Part shown: positions 1 through 10,668 of the stretch, piece after piece | Layout: each line of letters begins with the position of its first letter | Position numbering within the stretch: the first letter of the stretch is position 1 | Origin: Demequina sp. | GTDB lineage: Bacteria > Actinomycetota > Actinomycetes > Actinomycetales > Demequinaceae | Reading direction: 5' to 3' | DNA length: 64,000 nt | Assembly (NCBI GenBank): GCA_024707205.1 | Contig: JANQAD010000001.1 | Location: forward strand, 1,327,979-1,391,978 | The notes under the pieces: generated by a model | The model's input: only the letters and a program-made list of their open reading frames with translations | What the model was told of the DNA's origin: nothing | The model's database searches: none | Translations under genes and position numbers: made by a program

Positions 1-446
1 ACCAGCGCGCACACGATTGCGGCCGCTGACTGGTTGAGATTCGTGAAGCCGAGCAGGCCGTTGCGCGCGAAGAGCGCGCCGAACGCCGCGGCCACCACGA
101 CCGTGGGCAGCACGAAAGGCACGGCGACGATCGCCCTCGCGACCACTTGCCCGCGCCACCTCAGCCGATACAGAGCCCACGCGGCCGGAACGCCGAGCAC
201 CACCGACCCAACCGTCCCCAAAGCCGCGAGGACCGCGGTGGTGACGATGGCGTCGGGCACCCCGGGCGAGGTGAGCACCTCCCAAGCGGCGCCCGTGCCG
301 GTGCCCGCGAGCCCGCGGTGCAGCACCGTGAGCAGCGGCCACACGAAGAACAGCGCGAGGAATGCGACGGGCAGGGCGACGACCGCCGCCCACGCGAGGT
401 GGCGGCGCGAGCTGTGGCGGAGGCGGCTCGGGGCTGGCTGGGTCAC
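1..446 (-). CDS. thiP: Thiamine ABC transporter permease (N-terminal part; runs off window)
   Basis: Manual translation from GTG 446 (GTGA overlap with thiB stop): MTQPAPSRLRHSSRRHLAWAAVVALPVAFLALFFVWP...VPFVLPTVVVAAAF, hydrophobic ABC permease downstream of thiB. Confidence 0.8.
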   Translation of the reverse strand, partial: MTQPAPSRLRHSSRRHLAWAAVVALPVAFLALFFVWPLLTVLHRGLAGTGTGAAWEVLTSPGVPDAIVTTAVLAALGTVGSVVLGVPAAWALYRLRWRGQVVARAIVAVPFVLPTVVVAAAFGALFARNGLLGFTNLNQSAAAIVCAL

Positions 447-1501
447 TTCACGACGACCGCCGTCCAGTCCTTGATCCACTGCTCGCGGTTGGCGTCGATC
501 TCGCTGGCCGGGAGCGACCACGGGTTGGGGGAGAGCGGCGCGTACTGCTTCCAGTCCACGGGCACGCTCACCGAGCTGGAGACGGGGTAGACGTACATGT
601 TCTCCGGCAGCGACGCCTGGAAGTCGTCGCTGAGCATCCAGTCGACGACCTTCTGCGCCGCCTTGGGGTGCTTGGCGCCGCTCAGCACGCCAACGTACTC
701 GACCTGGCGGAAGCAGGTGTCGAGCAGGGCCGCGGTGGTGGGCGTGCCGTCGATCACCTCGAAGGGCGGGGACGAGGCGTAGCTGAGCACGATCGGGTAA
801 TCGCCGCCGTAGTTGGGCGCGCTGAAGTCCGTGTAGTAGGTGTCGCTCCAACTGGCCGTGACGCGCAGGTCGTTCTTGGCGAGCGCCGCCCAATAGTCCT
901 GCCAGGCATCGCCCTTCGCGGCGATCGTCGCCATGAGGAAGGCAAGGCCGGGGCTCGAGGTCGCGGGATTGGTGACGGAGACGAGGCCCTTGTACTCGGG
1001 CTTGAGGAGGTCGTCGAAGGTCTGCGGCACGGCGAGGTTGTGGTCCTCGAAGTAGCCGATGTCAAAGTTCAGGCACACGTCCGAGTAGTCCACCGCCGTG
1101 AGCGCGTCGCTGCCCTCGATCGCGTACTTCTTGGCATCGGCGGCTGCCGGCACGCCCGAGGCGTAGTCCGCAAACACTCCCTCCCCAAGTGCGCGACCCG
1201 CGAACGTGTTGTCCACTCCGTACGCGACGTCGCCGAGTGGGGCGTCCTTGGTGAGGATCAGTTTGTTGGTGAGCGTTCCCGCATCGCCGGGGGCAACGAA
1301 GGTGACGTGAATCCCCGTCTCCTTCTCGAATGAGGCCACCACATCGTCGGGCACTGCAAAGCTGTCGTGGGTCACCACGGTGACTTCGGTATCGGCCGGT
1401 GCGGCGGTGCCCGACGCCGTGGTTGCCGGTGCGGTCGAGCTGCAGCCCGCGAGGGTTGCGATGGCGAGTGCTGCTGGTACTGCGATGCGCGAGGCGCGCA
1501 T
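443..1501 (-). CDS. thiB: Thiamine ABC transporter substrate-binding lipoprotein
   Basis: Lipobox LAGC; THDSF, GDAG, NPATSSPGLAFL, CFRQVEY motifs; TPP riboswitch upstream. Confidence 0.92.
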   Translation of the reverse strand: MRASRIAVPAALAIATLAGCSSTAPATTASGTAAPADTEVTVVTHDSFAVPDDVVASFEKETGIHVTFVAPGDAGTLTNKLILTKDAPLGDVAYGVDNTFAGRALGEGVFADYASGVPAAADAKKYAIEGSDALTAVDYSDVCLNFDIGYFEDHNLAVPQTFDDLLKPEYKGLVSVTNPATSSPGLAFLMATIAAKGDAWQDYWAALAKNDLRVTASWSDTYYTDFSAPNYGGDYPIVLSYASSPPFEVIDGTPTTAALLDTCFRQVEYVGVLSGAKHPKAAQKVVDWMLSDDFQASLPENMYVYPVSSSVSVPVDWKQYAPLSPNPWSLPASEIDANREQWIKDWTAVVVK

Positions 1502-1530
1502 GGTTCCTCCTTGAAAAGGAGGGGACGAGT

Positions 1531-1638
1531 CTCGACTCCCTACGCCGGTGCGAGCCGGATCAGGTTCGAGGGTCTGCGGCTGGTCCGCACTCTCAGCGCT
1601 CTTGGTTCCTTGCGGACCGGAGGCGCTCCCCTGTCGTG
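1531..1638 (-). promoter_or_regulatory. TPP (thi-box) riboswitch
   Basis: Minus strand reads GGGGAGC...GCTGAGAG...GACCCTCGAACCTGATCCGG...CCGGCGTAGGGA, the canonical TPP core, directly upstream of thiB. Confidence 0.93.
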
Positions 1639-1659
1639 TGGGACCAGCCTAGCGCGCGA

Positions 1660-1965
1660 CTACTCGCAGGCCCAGCCGTCTTTGTCGCGATCGAGCTTCG
1701 AGTTCTGCGCGTAGATGCTCGCGGACACCTTGGTGTTCTTCTTGAGGCCGTTGCGCTTCTTGCCGCTCACCTTGTTCACGGTGGACTTGCTCTTCGCGAC
1801 GCCGCCCGGGTAGACCTTCTTCAGCGCGGTGCAGTTCGCGTAGGACTTCGTTGGCAGAAGTTCGTGGGCGGGCGTCGCCGAGGCGAGGCTGGCGCCGAAC
1901 CCGGCGATCACAAACCCGGCGAGCGTGGCGACGGCAGTGGCGCGGATGGAACGACGTGCGGACAT
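1660..1965 (-). CDS. Secreted excalibur calcium-binding domain protein
   Basis: Signal peptide; YANC..LKKVYPGGV and C-terminal LDRDKDGWACE excalibur motif. Confidence 0.85.
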   Translation of the reverse strand: MSARRSIRATAVATLAGFVIAGFGASLASATPAHELLPTKSYANCTALKKVYPGGVAKSKSTVNKVSGKKRNGLKKNTKVSASIYAQNSKLDRDKDGWACE

Positions 1966-2059
1966 GGTGACCCCCTCAAAGGAACTCTGTGAGTCAAGGA
2001 TGACCGGTCTCGCTGGTCGTACTCAACGGATTGCGACCAACCTCACATGCGTTGGGTGT

Positions 2060-2112
2060 GCCGTGTGAGTGGACTTTCGCGGTGATCGGCGCTCAAACCT
2101 CGGGAATCCGCT
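2060..2112 (+). repeat. Left arm of ~53-bp imperfect inverted repeat flanking the DUF559 gene
   Basis: GCCGTGTGAGTGGA-N24-CCTCGGGAATCCGCT; mirrors 3072-3124 with 13/14 and 14/15 matches and the same 24-nt spacing. Confidence 0.75.
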
Positions 2113-2124
2113 CAGGGGAGAGTT

Positions 2125-3072
2125 ATGCACAGACCCCGGCGGAGATTGGGTTCGATGCGATTGCCTTGTGCGGTGTCGACTCGTGAACTGGAGCAGTGGC
2201 TCAAGGCCAGTGGAGAGCCGCACCGTCTTGGTCATCTCAACTCGCGGTGGGGTAGCTGGGCGCCGCGCGCCTTGGTCAGCTCCGGCGCTGCGGTTTCCCT
2301 CGTGCCCGGCGTGATCGCCCACTCCGCCCATGCAGGTGACCCGCGCGTTCGGGGTCTGGCGTTGGCGCTGTGGCACCCCTTGCTTCACGTGACAGGGTCG
2401 CTTGCCCTGCATCTGATCGCCCCACAACTTCAGGTCCCTACCGTCGCCCATGTCGTCGTGCCTTATGGTGTGCGGCTCGCCGCGGTCGACGGCGTGGTGG
2501 TGTGGCAGCGGGCAAGGATCCTGACTAGCCAGTTGCCGCAAGGCGTGCGGACCGTATCGGGTGAACGCGCGCTGATCGACGCTTGGCAGAGCGCTACCGA
2601 CGACACACGGCACACCGTCGTTTACGAAGCCCTTTGGGCGCGTGTGTCATCCGCCCGCGCGGCGTTGCGCGAGCTTGACCGCATGCCGAGGGTCCGGGGT
2701 AGAGACGCGCTGCGCCGACTACTCGAATCCGTACGTGGCGGGTCCACGTCGCCGCTGGAGGCGATAGCGCGCACACAGGTGTTCACCGGGTCCGAATGGA
2801 AAGAACTCGAGTGGCAGGCGCCGATCGAGGACGCTGACACGTTCCGACGCGCCGACGCGCTCCACCGGCGCGCACGCGTGGTGATCGAGTTTGACGGGCA
2901 GAAGTATCACGGCAGCCCGCAGGCACGCGAGCGGGACCGAAAGCGGGATATCGAACTCGCCGCGGCCGGCTACCTCACCCTTCGGTTCACGCACGCCGAC
3001 CTCACGCAGCGTCCGGAGTGGTGCCGCGCAGTTGTGCGTCGCGTGGTGAGCAGTCGCATCGCCGTTCTGTAA
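2125..3072 (+). CDS. AbiEi-like N-terminus plus DUF559/Vsr-like PD-(D/E)xK endonuclease domain protein
   Basis: C-terminal RADAL...VVIEFDGQKYH...RDRKRDIELAAAGYLTLRFT typical of DUF559; start may be ATG 2155. Confidence 0.75.
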   Translation: MHRPRRRLGSMRLPCAVSTRELEQWLKASGEPHRLGHLNSRWGSWAPRALVSSGAAVSLVPGVIAHSAHAGDPRVRGLALALWHPLLHVTGSLALHLIAPQLQVPTVAHVVVPYGVRLAAVDGVVVWQRARILTSQLPQGVRTVSGERALIDAWQSATDDTRHTVVYEALWARVSSARAALRELDRMPRVRGRDALRRLLESVRGGSTSPLEAIARTQVFTGSEWKELEWQAPIEDADTFRRADALHRRARVVIEFDGQKYHGSPQARERDRKRDIELAAAGYLTLRFTHADLTQRPEWCRAVVRRVVSSRIAVL

Positions 3073-3124
3073 GCGGATTCGCGAGGAAATGGGCCAACAG
3101 TCCTCGAGCATCCACTCACAGGGC
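3072..3124 (-). repeat. Right arm of the inverted repeat flanking the DUF559 gene
   Basis: AGCGGATTCGCGAGG-N24-TCCACTCACAGGGC, beginning at the ORF stop codon. Confidence 0.75.
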
Positions 3125-3131
3125 CGTTGGC

Positions 3132-3707
3132 CTACACGTCCGTGCGGTGGAAGTTCTGAAAGCTCTTGGACGCAGTTGGCCCGCGCTGGCCGCGGTAGCG
3201 AGATCCGTACTTCGCGGAGCCGTACGGGTTCTCGGCCGGAGAGGACAGCCGGAAGAAGCACAGCTGCCCGATCTTCATGCCGGGCCACAGGTTGATGGGC
3301 AGCGTGGCGGTGTTCGAGAGTTCGAGCGTCACATTGCCCTCGAATCCAGGGTCGATGAACCCCGCGGTGGAGTGCGTCAGGAGCCCAAGGCGACCAAGCG
3401 AGGACTTGCCTTCGAGACGAGCCGCAATATCGTCGGGCAGAGTCACCGACTCAAAGGTGGAGCCGAGCACGAACTCGCCAGGGTGCAGCACGAACGGCCC
3501 CTCGCTGCCCACATCCACGAGCCGCGTGAGCTCGGCCTGCTCGGCGGCCGGATCGATCGCGGCATAGCGGTGGTTCTCGAAGACGCGGAAGAACTTGTCC
3601 AGTCGCACGTCGATGGACGAGGGCTGGATCATGTCCGGGTCGTACGGGTCAAGGGCGACGCGGCCCGCGTCGATCTCGGCGCGGATATCGCGGTCGGAGA
3701 GCAGCAT
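3132..3707 (-). CDS. dcd: dCTP deaminase
   Basis: [33 protein letters not shown] motifs. Confidence 0.97.
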   Translation of the reverse strand: MLLSDRDIRAEIDAGRVALDPYDPDMIQPSSIDVRLDKFFRVFENHRYAAIDPAAEQAELTRLVDVGSEGPFVLHPGEFVLGSTFESVTLPDDIAARLEGKSSLGRLGLLTHSTAGFIDPGFEGNVTLELSNTATLPINLWPGMKIGQLCFFRLSSPAENPYGSAKYGSRYRGQRGPTASKSFQNFHRTDV

Positions 3708-3757
3708 GCGGCAAACTTACCGCGTGTGCGCGGCACGAGCACTGCTACGTTGCTCGC

Positions 3758-4909
3758 ATGACGGGGTCGCTGAGGACATTCGGGCGTATGGCGGCGCTTG
3801 CCGTTGCTGCGTCGATCGTGCTCGTTGGATGCATTCCCATTGGCGGAGATCCGTTCGCACCCTCCGACGAGCCCACGTTCAGTCCGCCCGCCGACCAACG
3901 GCGAGCCGCGGAGCAGTCTCGCGCGTTGCTCGACTACACGATTGAGCTGCCGCGTGGCTGGAACGACCTGACCGATGAGTACCTTGAGTCGCTCCCCACG
4001 TCGGTGTTGTCTGGGTACTGGACCATGGCGGATGACCTGTCCACAGAAGGTCCCTACGTCACGGTGTCGATGAACGCACTGGATCCCAAGGCTGACCTCA
4101 CGGAACTGACGGAGCGGTCCGCACAAGACTGGGTGGACGAACTGGGGAACCCCGTGCGCGGAGACTCGGGTTACGCAGAGACAAACGACGGCGGCATCAT
4201 CACGTGGGCGAGCGTGACCGGAGACTTCAACGACGAGCGGCGCACGGAGCACGTCGCGCACATCCTTTACGGGCCCTACTACATGTACGTGGAGATCGAC
4301 ACCCCGGAGGGAGATGAGGCGAACGCTCACTCGATTCTCGATGCGCTCAAGACGGTGACCATCTCCGGGCCGCTGCAGCTGGGCGACCGCGCGGGAGCGC
4401 CCGTCGCCGCAGACGGTCGCTGGGTCTCCTATTGCGGAACCATCACCGCCGACGCTCAAGACGGCTGGGAGTACCAATACTCCTATGGGACCGACGCGCA
4501 TCATTGGGCTTGTCCCGAGGATGGGGACGTGCTCGGAGAGTGGCTCGTACACCGCGATGGAGACTCCATGAGCGTGTACGTGGACCGCCTGGCGGACATG
4601 ACGCTCAAGGATCTGCGCGAGCTTCGCACCATTCCAAGCGCCGAAGGCGAAGAGCTCGTGAGCCCCAACGACTTCACGATGAGACTCGTGCGGGAGCGCA
4701 CGTTCGACTCGCCGGAGGGAGGCCCGGGCTTGGTCGTTGATGAGATGACGACCCCACCCGACTCCGACGACGGGAGTGCCTCTCGGCTCTACGCGTTTGA
4801 AGATGCGCACGGCGGGGTGGTTGAGGTGTACGTGTTCGACGAGTCGAGGTCGCAGTTTCCGGAGACGGACTGGCTGGAGCCTTTCATCGCAAGTCTCGCT
4901 ACCGCATAG
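3758..4909 (+). CDS. Hypothetical lipoprotein
   Basis: Lipobox LVGC, acidic extracellular body; TACGTT-N6-ATG leaderless-type start. Confidence 0.7.
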   Translation: MTGSLRTFGRMAALAVAASIVLVGCIPIGGDPFAPSDEPTFSPPADQRRAAEQSRALLDYTIELPRGWNDLTDEYLESLPTSVLSGYWTMADDLSTEGPYVTVSMNALDPKADLTELTERSAQDWVDELGNPVRGDSGYAETNDGGIITWASVTGDFNDERRTEHVAHILYGPYYMYVEIDTPEGDEANAHSILDALKTVTISGPLQLGDRAGAPVAADGRWVSYCGTITADAQDGWEYQYSYGTDAHHWACPEDGDVLGEWLVHRDGDSMSVYVDRLADMTLKDLRELRTIPSAEGEELVSPNDFTMRLVRERTFDSPEGGPGLVVDEMTTPPDSDDGSASRLYAFEDAHGGVVEVYVFDESRSQFPETDWLEPFIASLATA

Positions 4910-4963
4910 GCGACGCTGCCGCCCGCTCGCCACAGCGTCGGGCCTCCCCGCTTCCATAACGTT

Positions 4964-4990
4964 TCGGTTACGCGGTCGCAACGTTTCGAG
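4964..4990. promoter_or_regulatory. Putative LacI-family operator pair upstream of cellobiose phosphorylase
   Basis: Two AACGTTTCG copies; the second lies in the near-palindrome TCGCAACGTTTCGA. Confidence 0.4.
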
Positions 4991-5045
4991 CCGCGCATTA
5001 CGCTTGGGCCAGTTGCACCCCCGTTCATCCTTAGGAAGGGATGTC

Positions 5046-7468
5046 ATGCAGTTCGGTCACTTCGACGACGAAGCGCGCGAATACGTCATCACGACGCCGC
5101 ACACCCCCTACCCATGGATCAACTACTTGGGTGCCCAGGACTTCTTTGGACTCGTCTCCCACATGGGGGGTGGTTACTGCTTCTACCGCGACGCGAAGAT
5201 GCGCCGCCTCACCCGCTACCGCTACAACAACATCCCCGTCGACGACGGCGGTCGCTACTTCTCGATCAACGACGGGGGCGACGTCTGGAGCCCCTCGTAC
5301 CGCCCGTACAAGACGGAGCTGGACTCCTTCGAGACCCGCCACGGCATGGGCTACACGCGCATCACCGGATCGCGGAACGGTGTTGAGGCGTCCGTGCTGC
5401 TGTTCGTGCCCGTGGACGTGAATGCGGAGATCCACCAGGTCACGCTGACCAACACTTCGGGTGCGGCCAAGAGCCTGCAGCTGTTCAGCTTCATCGAGTT
5501 CTGCCTGTGGAACGCGGAAGACGACCAGACCAACTACCAGCGCAATCTCAACATCGGCGAGGTTGAGGTCGAGGACGGCGCGATCTACCACAAGACCGAG
5601 TACCGCGAGCGTCGCGACCACTACGCGGTCTACGGCGTGAACGCGCCCGTGGCGGGCTTCGACACCGACCGCGACTCGTTCCTCGGCTACGGCAACGGCT
5701 TCGACGACGCCGTGGTGCCCCACACCGGCAAGGCCACGAACTCGGTCGCCTCTGGCTGGTACCCCATCGCGTCCCACCAGCTTTCCGTCGACCTAGCTCC
5801 CGGCGAGTCCAGGCAGTTCACGTTCGTGCTCGGCTACCTCGAGAACCCAGCGGACGAGAAGTGGGAGGCCCCTGGCGTCGTCAACAAGAGTGGGGCCCGC
5901 GAGCTGCTCGCCCGCTTCGCGACGAACGAGGCAACCGACGCCGAGTTCGCGAAGCTCAACGCCTACTGGGACAACCTGCTGGGCTCGTACACCGTGGAAT
6001 CCGGCGACGACAAGCTCAACCGCATGGTCAACATCTGGAACCAGTACCAGTGCATGGTGACCTACAACATGTCGCGCTCCGCCTCGTACTTCGAGACGGG
6101 CATCGGCCGCGGCATGGGCTTCCGGGACTCCAACCAGGACCTGCTCGGCTTTGTGCACCTGGTCCCCGAGCGTGCCCGCGAGCGCATCATCGACATCGCG
6201 TCCACGCAGTTCGAGGACGGCTCCGCATACCACCAGTACCAGCCGCTCACCAAGCGCGGGAACAACGCGATCGGCTCTGGCTTCAACGACGACCCGCTGT
6301 GGCTCATCGCGGGCGTGGCCGCGTACGTCAAGGAGACCGGCGACTGGGACATCCTCAAGGAGCTCGTCCCCTTCGACAACGACGAATCCCGCTCCACGAG
6401 CCTCATGGATCACCTCAAGCGCTCGTTCGACCACCCATTGAAGTTCATGGGCCCTCACGGGCTGCCGCTCATCGGGCGCGCGGACTGGAACGACTGCCTC
6501 AACCTCAACTGCTTCTCCACCACCCCAGGGGAGTCGTTCCAGACCACCGAGAACCAGCAGGGCGGGGTCGCGGAGTCTGTGTTCATCGCCGGGATGTTCT
6601 GCGCCATCGGGCCCGATTACGCCGCCATGGCTCGGCACTTTGGCGACGACGGTGAGGCGGAACGCGCCGAGTACGCCGTGCAGCAGATGCGCGAAGTGGT
6701 GCTCGAGCACGGCTGGGATGGCGCCTGGTTCCGCCGCGCGTACGACTACTACGGCAACGTGGTGGGCGGCGAGGAGAACGCCGAGGCGAAGATCTGGATC
6801 GAGCCGCAGGGCTACTGCATCATGGGTGGCATCGGCGTGGAGGACGGCAAGGCCGTCCAGGCGCTGGATTCCGTGCGCGAGCGGCTCAACACCCCGCACG
6901 GAATCGTGCTGCTCAACCCCGCCTTCACCGAGTACCACGTGGAGCTGGGCGAGGTCTCGAGCTACCCGCCCGGGTACAAGGAGAATGCCGGCATCTTCTG
7001 CCACAACAACCCGTGGATCATCATCGCGGAGACCATCGTTGGCCGGAACGAGTACGCGTGGGAGTACTACAAGCAGATCACGCCCGCGTACCGCGAGGAG
7101 ATCTCCGAGGTTCACCGCCTCGAGCCCTACGTCTACGCGCAGATGATCGCGGGCAAGGACGCGCAGCGTCACGGCGAGGCGAAGAACTCGTGGCTCACCG
7201 GCACCGCGTCGTGGAACTTCGTGACCGTCTCGCAGTACCTGCTCGGCGTGCGTCCCGACTACGACGGTCTTGTCGTTGACCCGTGCATCGGCGCCGAGGT
7301 CGGCGAGTTCACCGTGCGCCGCCAGGTGCGGGGGCCACGTACGAGATCCACGTGACCAACTCGGGAAGCGGTCGGGCGTCGCTCACGGTCGACGGCGTGG
7401 CCGTCGAGGGCAACCACGTGCCGTACGCGCCGGCGGGCTCTGTTGTGAAGGTGGAGGCGACGGTCTAG
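5046..7468 (+). CDS. cbp: Cellobiose phosphorylase (GH94), with a 1-nt frameshift near 7330-7334
   Basis: [48 protein letters not shown]; closely resembles Cellulomonas-type CBP; C-terminus GATYEIHV... continues in another frame. Confidence 0.88.
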
Positions 7469-7474
7469 CGGTAA

Positions 7475-7519
7475 CCAGCCACAGCGTCGGGCCGGGTTCC
7501 AGCCCGACGCTGTGGCTGG
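7475..7519. repeat. Perfect 18-bp hairpin made of two inverted copies of the CCACAGCGTCGGGC motif
   Basis: CCAGCCACAGCGTCGGGC-cgggttcca-GCCCGACGCTGTGGCTGG, 6 nt after the cbp stop. Confidence 0.9.
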
Positions 7520-7535
7520 GCTAGCATCATCTGAC

Positions 7536-7558
7536 ACCCCCGCGACTGCGGGGGTTTT
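7536..7558 (+). terminator. Intrinsic terminator-like hairpin
   Basis: ACCCCCGC-gact-GCGGGGGT followed by TTT. Confidence 0.65.
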
Positions 7559-7574
7559 GTGCAAGGAGCGCATC

Positions 7575-9325
<1,751 letters not shown>

Positions 9326-9363
9326 CCACAGCGTCGGGCAGAGGGGCGGCCTACGCTGGAAGG

Positions 9364-9990
9364 GTGGCCCGGTTGCGCGACCGTGCGCACGCGGGCGAGC
9401 GCCTCGCTCCCCTCGTGGCGCCGCTGCTTGCCGGGGGCGAGGCGATCGTTCTCGGCATTCCGCGCGGCGGCGCGATCGTGGCGCGCGCACTCGCTGATGC
9501 GCTCGTGCTTCCGCTGGATCTGCTGGTGGTGCGAAAGCTCGGCGTGCCCGGGCACGAGGAGTACGGTTTCGGGGCCATCGGCGAGGACGGCGTGACCGTG
9601 CTCGACCGCGAGACCGTCGCGAGCGTCGGCCTGTCTCAGGAGGCGATCGAGGCCGTGGCGGCGCGCGAGCGGGCGGAGCTCGAGCGGCGCGTGGCCGCGT
9701 ATGCCGGCGGGCGCCTGCCTCAGCCGATGGCCGGCAGGATCGCGGTGATCGTCGACGACGGCATCGCGATGGGCGGCACCATGCGGGCCGCGGTCGCCGT
9801 GTGCAGGGCGCGCGGTGCCAGCTCCGTGATCGCGGCGGTGGGGGTGGCGCCGCTTGGAGGACTTGACGTAGTGGGCGCAGACGCCGCTGTCGCTGCGCTC
9901 GAGCCTGAGCGGATGGGAGCCGTGGGCGCGTTCTACGACGACTTCGCTCAGACCTCGGATGCGGAGGTCATGAGGGCGCTTGCGCGCTAG
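9364..9990 (+). CDS. Phosphoribosyltransferase-family protein
   Basis: LGIPRGG, VVRKLGVPGHEE, IVDDGIAMG PRPP-binding loop. Confidence 0.85.
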   Translation: MARLRDRAHAGERLAPLVAPLLAGGEAIVLGIPRGGAIVARALADALVLPLDLLVVRKLGVPGHEEYGFGAIGEDGVTVLDRETVASVGLSQEAIEAVAARERAELERRVAAYAGGRLPQPMAGRIAVIVDDGIAMGGTMRAAVAVCRARGASSVIAAVGVAPLGGLDVVGADAAVAALEPERMGAVGAFYDDFAQTSDAEVMRALAR

Positions 9991-10002
9991 GGGCCCGCTG
10001 TT

Positions 10003-10668
10003 CTAGGGACGCCGCGCGAAGCGCTCCAGGAGCTCGCCCTCTCCGGCGACGACGAGGAGGTCGTCCGGGCGCACGATCGTCTCGGCGCTCGCGTACTCGA
10101 AGGCATGGCCCGGGCTCTTCACCCCGATGACCTGCACCCCATAAGTGCCAGGCAGGTTGAGCTTGCCGAGCGTGAAGTTGTGGGTCTCGAGGGGCGCTCG
10201 CATCTTCACGATGGTGAAGCCGTCCTCGACCTCGATGTAGTCGAGCATGCGGCCGCCCACTGAGTGGGCCACGCGCACACCGAGGGCGGATTCGGGCAGG
10301 ACCACGTGGTGGGCGCCGATGCGCTCAAGGATGCGCCCGTGCTCATTTGAGATGGCCTTGGCCCATATCTCGGGGACGCCGATGTCCACGAGGTTGCCGG
10401 TGATGAGCACGGAGGCCTCGAGCTCATTGCCGATGCCCACCACCGCCGTGGCGAACTCGCGGGCGCCGATCTGCTCCAGCGCGAGGGGGTCGGTGAGGTC
10501 CGCCTGGACAACGGGGATGCGCGTGGACCAGCGCTCCACGAGCCGTGCGTCCTTGTCGACCCCGAGCACCTCGACGTCCATCGTGTCGAGCGTGTCCGCG
10601 ACGGCGGAGCCGAAGCGGCCGAGCCCGATCACGAGCACGCCGCGCGAGGAGGATTCGTTCTTAGCCAA
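10003..10668 (-). CDS. trkA: Trk/Ktr potassium uptake NAD-binding subunit
   Basis: VIGLGRFG RCK_N motif and RCK_C domain. Confidence 0.9.
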   Translation of the reverse strand: MAKNESSSRGVLVIGLGRFGSAVADTLDTMDVEVLGVDKDARLVERWSTRIPVVQADLTDPLALEQIGAREFATAVVGIGNELEASVLITGNLVDIGVPEIWAKAISNEHGRILERIGAHHVVLPESALGVRVAHSVGGRMLDYIEVEDGFTIVKMRAPLETHNFTLGKLNLPGTYGVQVIGVKSPGHAFEYASAETIVRPDDLLVVAGEGELLERFARRP

